From positions 73,284,001 to 73,348,000 of the forward strand of contig OX597815.1 of assembly GCA_951406725.2 (NCBI GenBank): a stretch of 64,000 nucleotides of DNA. The letters run 5' to 3'. Position 1 is the first letter of the stretch, and every line of letters starts with the position of its first letter. The translations under genes and the position numbers were made by a program. A model generated the notes under the pieces. It had not been told where the DNA came from and did not search any database. It saw only the letters and a program-made list of their open reading frames with translations. Shown here piece after piece: positions 24,711 to 36,194 of this stretch. This DNA is from Octopus vulgaris (taxonomy: Eukaryota).

Positions 24711-25680
24711 ATGGATGGTCACTTGAACGGGAAATCCCCCAACTCGAGCCCTCCAAGTTCACCACCACAACCACCACAGAAAGAAAAATGTAAGCGGAAC
24801 AAATGGACCCGAGAAGAGTATAAAGAAGTAATATACGCTTATTACTATGCATTAGGTAGGCCATCTCAAGAGAGACACACCGCAAACTCTTACAGTATAT
24901 GGAGAACACAGAATCAAGATAGTAGGCCCTATTTGGACGAGAACAAATTAGCAAATGTGAGGAGGGATATCTTTAGAAATAACAGACTCACAGACAGTGA
25001 AATAAGCGCGATCAAGCACGCAACGGAAAATGACATAAATATAAGACAAAGGAAATGAAGAATCAGATGAACAGTATAGCCCGCTACGAGGCTTAATTGA
25101 AAGACTGCCATCTGACCAAAGTACGCAAAGGCCTGAAGATACAAGAAATTCTATTGTACCAGTTAAAGATAGCCAGGAAAACGAAAAAACAACAGTAACT
25201 GAAGATCTCGCATTTGCTGAAGAACACAGAGAGTCTATGGCAGAAATGAGGCAGAAAATCCTGAATACGCTTGAAGTTGTAAGACATACAAGTATGAATG
25301 ATAGAGAACCGCTTCATAAACTCTCAAATACAAACCAAAATAAAAAACAAATCCAAATTGGCAACTATGTAACAAATGAAATAATACGAGAATTAAAACC
25401 TGATTTTACTGAGTTAAATGAAATTATTTACGCTTCTGCTAGGGCAATTGAAACCAGCTGTATGCCCCCGAAGAAACAAAGAAAACAAAACCTGGGAAGA
25501 AATCAAACCTGGAGAAGTAAAATTGAAAAAGAGATTGAATTTATGAGAGGGGAAATATCAATATTAAATGAACTAATATGTGGAAATGATGTAAGATCCA
25601 GAACAGGAAGAAAGATGAAGAGAAAATTTGGATCCTCACCAAGAGAAGAACTGATATCAATAAAAGAAACGCTGAAATAA
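24711..25680 (+). pseudogene. Disrupted N-terminal part of the R4/Dong ORF
   Basis: ORF 24711-25058 and the frame open from 25045 to 25680 are joined by a frameshift; read-through of TAA 25678-25680 continues in frame (KVQAKAQRIRRFEKR..QNKLF) into 25825. Confidence 0.8.
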
Positions 25681-25824
25681 AAAGTCCAAGCAAAAGCCCA
25701 AAGAATACGAAGATTTGAGAAGAGAAACAAGTTTTACAAGCAAAATAAGCTGTTCACATCCAATGCCAAAAAATTCTACAGAGAAATAGGGAAGGAGAAA
25801 GTAACCGTTAAAGACCCCCCTCCC

Positions 25825-28254
25825 ATGGAAGAAGTTCAAAACTTTTGGAAAAGGATTTGGAGTGACAAGAAGACGTACAACATAAATGCAGACTGGATTA
25901 TACAAACTGAAGGATCCTACCAAAATTTACAACAACAAGCATGGGAAGACATCACAATAGCAGACCTAAGAAAGGCACTCACGAAGGCCCATAATTGGAA
26001 ATCCCCCGGTAAAGATAGGGTGCCGAATTTCTGGCTCGCATCGCTCCCGTGCGCACACGGTAAGCTAGTTCAGCTGCTCAATGGAATTATGAGAGACCCA
26101 AAGAAAACACCTGAATGGTTAGCAAGTGGCATTACTTACCTACTCCCAAAGAATAACGAAACCAACCTTCCAAAAAACTATCGGCCTATAACCTGTCTAT
26201 CCACCACGTATAAAATCCTAACATCTATCCTGGCGGAGAAAACATATGCATTCATGGAGAAGAACGATATTTTCCCCATTGAACAAAAAGGGTGCCGCCG
26301 AGGCTCTTACGGATGCAAAGATCAACTGCTAATCAATCGTATGATCCTTGAGAACTGTCACAACAAGCGCAGAAATCTCAGCACCGCATGGATTGACTAT
26401 AAAAAGGCCTTCGACAGTATAGCGCATCCATGGATCTTGAGATCGCTGGACATCTTCAAAATTTCCCCTGTGATTTCAAACTTCCTGAAGCACAATATGT
26501 CGTTGTGGAATACGAATCTCCAATTATACCACTCTAATGGAGTACTTGCCTCAGAAAATATAAACATCAACTGTGGAATTTTTCAAGGTGACTCACTTTC
26601 ACCTTTAATATTCTGCATAGCCCTAATACCCCTTACAAGTGAATTAAACATAACAGGGTATGGGTATAAAATTGCCAATAAAAAAATAAGCCATCTATTT
26701 TATATGGATGACTTAAAACTTTATGGTAAAGACAATAATGAACTTGAAGGCCTATTGCGCACCGTGAAAGCATTCAGCGATGACATCGGGATGGAGTTTG
26801 GACTTGAGAAGTGTGCCAAGGCCACTTTCCAGAAAGGGAAAGTGAAGACCACAAATTCAGTCGTGTTAGATGTTGACACAGTCATAAGAGAGCTTGAGCA
26901 AGAACAAACATACAAATATTTAGGGATAAATGAAGGCTCTGGTATTCAGCATGCAAGCATGAAAGAGAAAATCAGGAAGGAATGTTATAGGAGAGTTCGT
27001 GCAGTCCTGAAATCTGAACTAAATGCACGTAACAAGGTGTTAGCTATAAATTCCTTAGCAGTTCCAGTTGTTACTTATAGCTACAATGTGTTGAACTGGA
27101 ATATGAGTGAAGTAAAGAATATAGATAGAAAAATACGCAAGCTGCTGAGTTGTAATAGGATGCACCACCCAAAGGCAGACGTAGATCGCCTTTACCTTCC
27201 CAGAGCCCAAGGAGGTCGAGGCCTGATCCAATTTGAACTAGCTTACAAAACAACCACAATTGGACTGGCCAAATATCTCGAAATATCGAATGACTGGATG
27301 CTAAAGCTCATGGAAAATCACGAGAGACGAAAGAAGCTTCATTCTATCATCAAGGAAAGCAAAAAATTTGCTATTGATCTCGTGCAGGATACCCAAACTG
27401 AACAACCCGAGGGAAGTACGGCAACTATTGTTGCAAAGAAGGTGAAAATGATGGCAATGAAAAAAGCGCACGAGCAATTGGCTGATAGGTGGGAGGAGAA
27501 ACCTCTGCACGGCAAATATGTGACCCGCAGCAAACAAGCTGATGTTGACCAGAAGCAAACCCATCAGTGGCTGCGGAGCTCAGGGCTAAAAGCAGAGAGC
27601 GAAGGTTTCATCCTGGCTGCTCAAGACCAAAGCCTATTAACCCGGAACTACCAAGCCAATGTGATGAAAAATGGAGCAGACCCAAAATGCCGATTCTGCA
27701 ACGACATGATTGAAACAGTGGACCACCTAATCTCTGGATGTAAAATCTTAGCACCAGTGGAGTATAAATTAAGACATGACAGAGTTGGCCAATATCTCCA
27801 CTGGCTAATAAGTCGGCATTACAATATCAAAACTGCCGACAAGTGGTATAATCACCACCCTGAGGCTGTAACTGAAGGAGAAAATGTAACCATTCTGTGG
27901 GACTTTCCAGTACATACAGACCGAACCATCAAGGCCAATAAACCAGATATTGTTGTGAAAGACCAAAACAATAAAGTTTGCTTATTGATCGACATGAGCA
28001 TCCCCTGTGATCATAATATCTCAGCGAAAGAGTTTGACAAGCTCAGAAAATATAAAGACCTACTCATTGAAATTGAGAAAATGTGGCATCTCAAGGCGGT
28101 TACAATACCAGTGATCGTAGGAGCACTAGGAATGATCAAGAAGGGAACCGAAAATTATATGAGAATGATCCCTGGCTTACCATCCCTGCAAGAAGTGCAA
28201 AAGATTGTCTTAACTGGTACATCACACGTATTGAGAAGAGCATTGTCGATGTGA
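25825..28254 (+). CDS. Reverse transcriptase - zinc knuckle - restriction-like endonuclease (R4/Dong-type), 809-aa open portion
   Basis: RT motifs NYRPITCL, WIDYKKAFDS, GIFQGDSLSP, HLFYMDD; CRFCNDMIETVDHLISGC; RHD; RLE motifs KPDIVV..LIDMSIP..K..KY. Confidence 0.95.
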   Translation: MEEVQNFWKRIWSDKKTYNINADWIIQTEGSYQNLQQQAWEDITIADLRKALTKAHNWKSPGKDRVPNFWLASLPCAHGKLVQLLNGIMRDPKKTPEWLASGITYLLPKNNETNLPKNYRPITCLSTTYKILTSILAEKTYAFMEKNDIFPIEQKGCRRGSYGCKDQLLINRMILENCHNKRRNLSTAWIDYKKAFDSIAHPWILRSLDIFKISPVISNFLKHNMSLWNTNLQLYHSNGVLASENININCGIFQGDSLSPLIFCIALIPLTSELNITGYGYKIANKKISHLFYMDDLKLYGKDNNELEGLLRTVKAFSDDIGMEFGLEKCAKATFQKGKVKTTNSVVLDVDTVIRELEQEQTYKYLGINEGSGIQHASMKEKIRKECYRRVRAVLKSELNARNKVLAINSLAVPVVTYSYNVLNWNMSEVKNIDRKIRKLLSCNRMHHPKADVDRLYLPRAQGGRGLIQFELAYKTTTIGLAKYLEISNDWMLKLMENHERRKKLHSIIKESKKFAIDLVQDTQTEQPEGSTATIVAKKVKMMAMKKAHEQLADRWEEKPLHGKYVTRSKQADVDQKQTHQWLRSSGLKAESEGFILAAQDQSLLTRNYQANVMKNGADPKCRFCNDMIETVDHLISGCKILAPVEYKLRHDRVGQYLHWLISRHYNIKTADKWYNHHPEAVTEGENVTILWDFPVHTDRTIKANKPDIVVKDQNNKVCLLIDMSIPCDHNISAKEFDKLRKYKDLLIEIEKMWHLKAVTIPVIVGALGMIKKGTENYMRMIPGLPSLQEVQKIVLTGTSHVLRRALSM

Positions 28255-28429
28255 GAACTGTTGCTGCTCATGTATTTTAATTTAACTTTAAAAAAAAAAA
28301 AAAAAAAAAAATGAACGAACTACTGAGTTTGGTTTAATGGCCTACCAATATACACTATGAGTTTCTTTGCCGTAGGAGTCGGGAAGACACTCGGCAAGAA
28401 ATGGAAGAAAATTTGAAAGAAGAAAAAAA

Positions 28430-28500
<71 letters not shown>

Positions 28501-28523
28501 TAATAATAATAATAATAATAATA

Positions 28524-29077
28524 GCCCTGATGCAGTACCAGGCAGTGGCTCTCATGGCTTCTGATCTTAACTGATTCGAAGTGTTATCATGTACATTGTT
28601 TTGTCTTGGTATAAAAGATGGGCTACAGCAAATATTCTGCTCAATACCACAGATTTGCTTGTCAGTTGTTTGACCTTAACCAGTTGAGCATGCCCCTTAG
28701 TGGCTGACGATAAGTGCATCTCTGATCACGAGCAGAAGTAGTGGGGGAGCATCATAGCCATGTGTTGAGAAGGATTCTTTGGAGTTTGAATAATTCACCT
28801 CTGGAAACATAGGTGTTTCGTTCAACGTCCTTAAACAACCCTTATTCAGGGACCTTTTGAGCGGGATGGGCTACTCGATCTGAAGAAAATTCTAACTGGG
28901 CTCCACCTGCAAGGTCATGTGCTGTTTATCTTGATATGAGATCACCATGTCGCGCACATATGGTTGTGATGCATGTGCCTGGTGTACCCTTATCAGACGG
29001 GTAGTCATGATGGGTATACTGGGCTTCGTATATTTTACCCCAGTGTCACTTTGATGGCATGCTCTGCTCGCTCACTC
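28524..29077 (+). mobile_element. Unclassified 554-bp non-coding element X flanked on both sides by (AAT)n
   Basis: Other copies at 31912-32505 and 22569-22657; all end ..CTCACTC followed by AAT repeats; no ORF, TIR or obvious Pol III boxes. Confidence 0.85.
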
Positions 29078-29131
29078 AATAATAATAATAATCATAATAA
29101 TAATAATAATAATAATAATGACGATGATGAC

Positions 29132-29202
<71 letters not shown>

Positions 29203-29373
29203 CGACGATGATGATGATGATCCTTTCTACAAGAGGCACAAGGCCTGAAATTTGGGGAGAGGGACAGTCGATTAAATTGACCCCAGTACTCAACTGGTAC
29301 TTAATTTAATGATGATAATAATGTAATAGACAATACAAAGAGCGTGATGCGATTGCAGTAGATATTTTATTGG

Positions 29374-29418
29374 TTTGAACAATATTTCGACAGCTTGCTT
29401 GTCTTTGTCAAGTTCAAA
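29374..29418 (-). ncRNA. Minimal hammerhead-like motif in the PLE pseudo-LTR (second copy on + at 31779-31823)
   Basis: TTTGAAC-TTGACAA-A-GAC..GTC-GAAA-TAT(T/C)-GTTCAAA; 7-bp stem I, U3-A8 core, followed by AATAAA. Confidence 0.6.
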
Positions 29419-29597
29419 ATGAAAAGTGATACATAGAAATTCAAAATTATAGAAATTCAAATTCAAAAGTTTGAACGAGATCCTGCGTTCCCACTTTGAC
29501 GGAATGACATCATCAGTTTTTAATTTTCAATTTTACAACTGGCAAAATGAAAAAGAAAGAAAGAAAAAGAGAAAAAAGAAATGAGAAAAAAAATATT

Positions 29598-30150
29598 TAA
29601 TCAAACAGTTTTGTGTGAGTATGATGAAATTCCCCTGTCATTTTGTTCATTCCTTCAGGGTGTGATGTTAATAATTCACAAATATATTTCTCCTCGTGCA
29701 TTTTGATGACTGAAAGTATAGCAAATTCGGAATATTTTCCAAGAATATGCACTTTCAAGTCTTTTACAAAACTGCAGCCGTTTGATGTAAAATGTTCGGC
29801 AAGTTCTGTCGAACTACTGTTATTGTACCTGACGTCATATCTGTGCCCATTGAATCTTTTGTTTAATTATCCTGTTGTACAACCAACATAACTCAAATTG
29901 TGTTTGGTGCATTCTGCTGCGTACACCAAATGGGAATCTCTACACGTCCCATTTTCCGTATAGTGTTATGATTCCTGATGGAATTGAGTTGACTCATGTT
30001 GCACAACGAGTAGGGCTTACCCCTCTTGCGGCTGTTTTTCAAGGTATAAACTCCAAGCAGTCAGAAATAGAGTTTAATAGTTCTCTTATATTTTTATTCC
30101 ATCTAAAGGCTACAATAGGCGTCTGAGGGAATATTTGTTTGAAACGAGCA
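29598..30150 (-). pseudogene. PLE RT thumb, Cys-rich linker and GIY-YIG endonuclease (with stops)
   Basis: LVY...YVG motif pair, RFNGHR, AEHF, E.K.I..L.T..P.GMN; the frame is continuous from about 29960 to the stop apart from one internal TAA. Confidence 0.85.
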
Positions 30151-31087
30151 TATTATTCCGCAATATGCTGGTATATATGTTTTCAGTAATCAGAACAAAT
30201 CCGTTTTATTCCCCAAAATTGGGATTTCGGATTTGACCGAATTATATGATGTGAATGATTGGAGCGGCGGTGGAGGTAAAAATGGGATGAGGTAGGCTTG
30301 AAAAATAACCCTGTCACTATTCTGCTCCCAGAAAACCTAACTTTAGTGTTCCAAAATTCAACTCTAGATTTTGAAAGATTAGACGTAAAGGTAATTTTTC
30401 ATATGAAGTTTAGTCACTTAAAACTTCTTCACAAGCTGAAATATACTCACTTTTGAAAATAATTACAATAGTTCCGCCATATTAATAACAATAGAATCAT
30501 TATTAGCTAGACGATGGAATGCGTAACGCTGGGAATTTATGAGGTTATTCTTGGACTCTTTCCACTTGTTTTAAGGCTGTCCCTAATGCCTGTCTGACAA
30601 AATTCAAGAAATTCCAATAGTACTTGTGAACATCCATTCCGAACTTTATCTGGATACCAACTGGGATTCTTCTCAATCCAATTATGCCAGATTCGATCAT
30701 CATTATTTCTATTTTCAGTTACCATAGAGTTTCTTGACTTCTCGTTATCATTTTTTCGAAAAAATATTCTTTCAGCTTATGACGGCGGTCAAACTGAAAA
30801 AGTCCTTGAGCTACTTTATTTTTCTCGAAATTCTTAGTGTTTAGGCAGAAACTCAGTCCACCGGAAGACAGAGATATCTTCCGGTGAAAGTTTTAGTTTA
30901 GATAAATTTATGACCGACTTATTCTCTAGTATGATGAATTTTCTTGGGCAAATGTTTTTCAAAGTCTTACTTTCATTAGATTCCTGACTACCTTTTGGGT
31001 TTTGCTCAAATTCTTTACATAAAACATGGAACCTATTAAGTGATAAAAATTGTTTTGAATGTTCATGTGAGAAGTCATAACTTTTAG

Positions 31088-31518
31088 TCATCTTTCTAGG
31101 AGTAATTCATTTCTGGGTAGGTGATAGAAAGTGAGTGACTTCTGTGATTTTGTTGGCATTTGGAAAACCTTTACTTTCGGGAAAGGCACAAATTTATAGT
31201 TTTCGAGACAAAATCTTAAATCTGCTCGCATGTTTGATTGATCGAATAAAAACTTCTCTGGAGAGTTTCCAATGACCAGTTCAATTATGTACGACAAAGC
31301 AAAAATACCACAATCATATGCGCCAATTTGGGAACTAGTAATATGAACTTGTTGAACTGTAAGAATTATGCTTGTTTGTGATGAATACATCATTGTTATT
31401 TGTGCCATTATTTCCTGCGGTACTGGTAAGTTCAAACTGTCATAAACATAGATAACTCCGAAAAAATTGGTCGACAAAACAAAATTGCTATTCCTGGTGT
31501 GATGAAAGAATAATCTCA
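31088..31518 (-). pseudogene. Ulp1/SENP-like (C48) cysteine protease domain within the PLE, 5'-truncated by the inversion
   Basis: HHTRNSNFV (His position is N), YVYDSL (Asp 31439-31441), QIGAYDCGIFA (Cys 31310-31312, Q-x5-C spacing as in Ulp1), then FDQSNMR..L..CLE..FVPFP. Confidence 0.75.
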
Positions 31519-31911
31519 CAAAATGCATGAGGAGAAATATGTTTGTGAGTTATTAACATCACGCCCTGAAGGAATGAAAAAAAATGACAGGGGAATTTCA
31601 TCATATTTACACAAAACTGCTTGATTAAATATTCTGCTTTTTCCTTTTCTTTTTACCAGTTGTAAAATTGAAAATTGAAAATTGAAAACTGATGATGTCA
31701 TTTCGTCAAGATGGGAACGCAGGATCACGTTGAAACTTTTGAATTTGAATTTCTATAATTTTATGTATCACTTTTCATTTTGAACTCGACAAAAACAGGC
31801 AAGCTGTCGAAATATCGTTCAAACCAATAAAATATATATGGCAATCGCATCACGCTCTTCCTATAGTCTATTTACCTTTGTGAGGAGTTACCGCCAGCCT
31901 TTTAAAATTAT

Positions 31912-32505
31912 CAGGCAGTGACTCTCATGGCTTCTGATCTTAACTGATAGGAAGTGTTATCATATACATTGTTTTGTCTTGGTATAAAAGATGGGTTACA
32001 GCAAATATTCTGCTCAGTATGATGCAGTACCAGGCAGTGGCTCTCATGGGTTCTGATCTTAACTGATTGGAAGTGTTATCATGTACATTGTTTTGTCTTG
32101 GTATAAAAGATAGGCTACAGCAAATATTCTGCTCAATACCACAGATTTGCTTGACCTTAACTATTTGAGCACGTCCCTTAGTGGCTGACGATATATGCGC
32201 CTCTGATCACGAGCAGAAGTAGTGGGGGAGCATCATTGCCATGTGTCGGGAGGAATTCTTTGGGGTTTGGATAATTCAACTTTGGAAACATGGATCTTTT
32301 GTTCAACATCCTTAAACAACCCTTATTCAGGGACCTTTTGAGCGGGATGGGCTTACTCGACCTGAAGAAAAGTTTAACTGGGCCCCCACCTTCAAGGTGT
32401 TTATCTTGATATAAGATCACTATGTCGCACACATAAGGTTGTGATGCATGTACGTGGTGTACCCTTATCAGTGTCACTCTGATGGCATGCACTGCTCTCT
32501 CACTC
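31912..32505 (+). mobile_element. Element X copy with a tandemly duplicated 5' segment (31912-32016), followed by (AAT)n(AAG)n at 32509-32717
   Basis: High similarity to 28524-29077 with small internal deletions. Confidence 0.85.
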
Positions 32506-32508
32506 AGT

Positions 32509-32694
<186 letters not shown>

Positions 32695-32963
32695 AAGAAG
32701 AAGAAGAAGAAGAAGAAATGTACTGGTATGTATAGTGATAGTGATAGTTATAGCATTAACAACTTGATTAGTAGTAATAACGATAATAAGTGTAATTATT
32801 TTGGAACACATGGGTGACAGATTGATGTTTATACTAACAGCAGTACGAGTTATGTCAATGTAAGTGTTCTTGGAGTGGTTAACGCACATATCAGTTCTAC
32901 TGATTGTCGCTGTGTACTGAATAATTGTAGCCCACAATTTTCCCATCAAAACGTTAACTAGAT

Positions 32964-33370
32964 TATGTCATTGTAAGAAGAAATTTGAATGCCTGCTAGA
33001 AATAAATGCCCGGCCAAAAACATTGTATATAAATGTAATGTTAAAACTAATCTACATACTTTCACTTACATAGGTTCCACTTCTAATTTTAAATCAAGAT
33101 AACAATCGTTCTCCATGCATTTAGAAAGAGAAATGAAGTGAAAACAACATCGCTCTCTGCGAAGGTCTGAGTTATAAAAGACACAAAGATTGATTTTCAT
33201 CTAATGTGGGACATCGCTAGACACATTAAGCTGTTTGTTAGCGATAAATATGGTTGCAATCTCTACTGTTTGAATTGTTGGAAATAAGATGCACGAGTGA
33301 AGTTTCTAATAGCTCAGATGAACTAAGGATCAAATGCCCGCATTCTATTCGAAGAACTTTCTTAAACTTT
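32964..33370 (+). pseudogene. PLE GIY-YIG endonuclease relic (different clade from the 29-31 kb element)
   Basis: CHCKKKFECLLENKCPAKNIVYKCNV..TYIGSTSNFKSR, TSLSAKV*VIK..LMWDI..GCNL and ELRIKCPH. Confidence 0.75.
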
Positions 33371-35261
33371 AAATCGATTCAATAACGTCTCCCTCGAGTG
33401 CTAGATATGTATCTATAATCCTACAATATAGAACCTAATTACTAAGAAGATTCATGGATTATATTTAGGTATTCTAACATTTATGGTCTTTACAATTCTT
33501 TATAATTTTTATAACTTCTTTTAACATTTTCTTACTATTCCCTATAATTTTAAATTATTATAGTAATGATCTAATATATATATATACTTAACCTATATGA
33601 TTTTAATTGATTTGATGTGTTTTCAATAACAATGTGACCATATTGGTTAAAAGAAACGTTGGTATTCTCGGTTTTCGTTTTTTTTTTGGGGGGGGGGGAT
33701 GGATGGAATAGCAATTCTGTTTTTCCTTCTCTATTAATTCTAGCCTTTTGACTTGTAAGTTCGTGACGTCTATATAACTGATCTCTCTAAATTTTTATAT
33801 TTAACTAGCATAAATCTATATCCTTTAGGCTGATAGTGATTATTGCCTAAACTACTTTCATTAGTTTAGTGTGCACATTTATCTGTTTGTTTATGCCAAC
33901 ACCATGCAGTGCTGTCCCCTTTCTCTATTAGATTAATCCTATACTGTTTTTACTTACGTATTCATAGGTTATGATTTCTGGAACTGTGATTAGAGCTATC
34001 TTTATATATTAATTATTTTCATTTCCTTTTTCTTTACTCTCCTTCTTTTTCCTCTTCTTTCGCTTCCAAAATGTAGCAGAGACCTTCACTATTCTCTGAA
34101 GCCAACTTTCTATTAGATCTACAATAATTAATCGAAGCACTTTAATAAATCGGTATTAAGTTAATGAATAAATAATGTTTAAATTAATTAACCATATCAC
34201 TCCTTTGATGTTTTAAACAATATAACACAGCAAATGGTATTATTATATTTTTTTTGTTTGTCTTTTGGCAACAATGTCGGCAACTGTCTTAATATTTTGA
34301 TAGGGTCAAATGTCCTGCTCGGTGCCAGCTATATGCTACTGTATAAGTCTGTTTTCTCAGTATCAGCTTTTATGATCGATGTCGCAAAGTGTAATGACAT
34401 CTTTTGAATAGATCTATCGTTTAACTATTCAATAGTTTACAACCTCTTTCTGCTGTCCACCCTCGTGATTGCTTGATTGTAATCCCACCCAGTTTACATT
34501 TCTTGAATGTTGATAATTCGAAGTCAAATTTTCACTTATTGATGACGTGTTGTATCATCAGCATGTCACTGCTCGCTTGTTTATTTGATGAGCCTGATGA
34601 GTAAGAGTTGCGTAACATATTACGTAATCTTATAAATGTTGTGCATACTACATACCTCACAGTACCATGCTTATGTCACAATAGATATTCTGAAATAAAA
34701 CAGGTGTATCAGTACTAGATAATACATTCGTGAGTTTTTATTGTTTTTACGCCACACTTAAAATTCCATTCATCTTTGGATACTATTGAAGTTACGGATT
34801 ACCAAACAATGGTGTACTTCCCTTCATCAATGAATTGCGTGCTATGGTAATGGCTTGCTTAATTGTCTGATTTAAGCCATTCTCTTTTGCTATTAATTGT
34901 GGCGTGCTTCACTTTGATGTGCCTAGATTCTTCAAGGATCCCCTTTAATCAAATATATATATACATATATACGCGCACACACACACACACATATATATAC
35001 ACACACATTATATACATACATACATATATATATATATATGTATATAGTGTGTGCGTTCGCGTGCGTGTGTGTATCTTTGAATTTGCACCTCCACAGCTTA
35101 ACAATGTTGTTAGTTTATTTATGTTCCCATAAATTAGCATCTCAGTAGAAGATGTTAATTTATGTCCTTACAAGGCGGTGCTCCAGCATGATCGCAGTAC
35201 AATGCCTGAAGGATGTAAAAGAGTAAAAGTGTATTGCATACCTTAATTTGTTAGGCGGCCA

Positions 35262-35605
35262 AAGGCGGGAAGCAGACAGAATCATTAGCATGCTGGGCAA
35301 AATGCTTAGCGATATTTCGTCCGCCTGTGTTCAAATTCCGCCGAGATCGACTTTACCTTTTATCCTTTCGAGGTCGATAAAATAACTAGCAGTTGAATAC
35401 TAGGGATCGATGTTATCGACTTCCCCCTCCCCCGAAATTGCTGACTTTGTGCCAAAATTTGAAATCAATTCATTAGGCGGTCAATTGGTAGAGTCCTTAG
35501 AGCGTAGGATAGATTGCTTTGTGGTGAGTCATTCATTCTCTTTATGTTCTGAGTTCCAATCCCGCCGAAGCCGACTTTGCTTTTCATCCTCTCAGAGTCG
35601 ATAAA
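35262..35605 (+). mobile_element. Two tandem SINE family B copies
   Basis: GTTCAAATTCCGCCGAGATCGACTTTACCTTTTATCCTTTCGAGGTCGATAAA and a second, diverged head/core. Confidence 0.75.
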
Positions 35606-36054
35606 TATGGTTCTTCTCTAACCCTTTACTTCCTCTCTGTTTCTTTCTCCCCTGTTTGGGGGATCAAATGGGCTCTACCTTGTCTAAAATGCCCAAGACA
35701 AACTGTATTTCATTTAGACATATCGACAACATTCCTATCGAGGAGTTAATGCTCTGTGGCATGACATGGCGTTGGAAATAATACTTGTGTAAAAAGGAAA
35801 AAAATATGAAAAGCCCTTTTCACGATGTCCAATGATTAAACTGGATTTTCTAAGGCCTTAGTGCAATCAGCTGTCACTCGCGGGCGAGAATGGCTTGGTA
35901 ACATGTACCATGATTTTTCTAATTGATTTAGGTGTCTGTGTGGTCGCGAACAAATCAAGGCATTCTCACGGTTCTCTCGCTAATGACCTAACGGAACATT
36001 CAGGATGTAGCAGCTGGAGGGAGAGAAAGCTGCACCAGCAGCCTGCTGATATTC

Positions 36055-36194
36055 ACTTTCAGTTGAGTAGAGAGGAGCAATGTAAAATTAAGGGATTTGG
36101 TCAAAATCACAATGCATCATCCAGTCTGGGAACTGAACCCGCGACCTTATGATCATAAACCGAACACCCTAACTACTAGGCCACACACCTTCAC
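36055..36194 (-). mobile_element. tRNA-derived SINE head (third family)
   Basis: Minus strand GTGGCCTAGTAGTTAGGG (A box) and GGGTTCAGTTCCC (B box), followed by non-tRNA sequence. Confidence 0.6.

Larger units (their letters stand above)
24459..28431 (+). mobile_element. Near full-length R4/Dong-clade non-LTR retrotransposon (single ORF, RT + CCHC + RLE) inserted in (AAT)n
   Basis: Preceded by AATAATAA and followed by (AAT)n at 28432-28523; N-terminal KRNKWTREE..YY motif; one frameshift near 25045-25055 and one in-frame TAA at 25678-25680. The 5' boundary is approximate. Confidence 0.92.
29325..31872 (-). mobile_element. Internally deleted Penelope-like element (Neptune-like, C-terminal GIY-YIG) with inverted pseudo-LTRs
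   Basis: 29325-29705 is the diverged reverse complement of 31519-31872. Minus-strand peptides VINLSKLKLSPED, NNL..QR.AFHRLANNDSIVI / GGTIVIIFKSEY, FKQIFPQTPIVAFRWNKNIRELL, CRDSHLVYAAEC..YVGCT..RFNGHR, LAEHF and EEKYICELLTSHPEGMN. The RT catalytic core is missing. Confidence 0.88.

Noticed and set aside
34593-34625. CTGATGA-GTAA..TTGC-GTAACATAT hammerhead-like string
   Set aside because: GAAA is GTAA and no stem I pairing is present.
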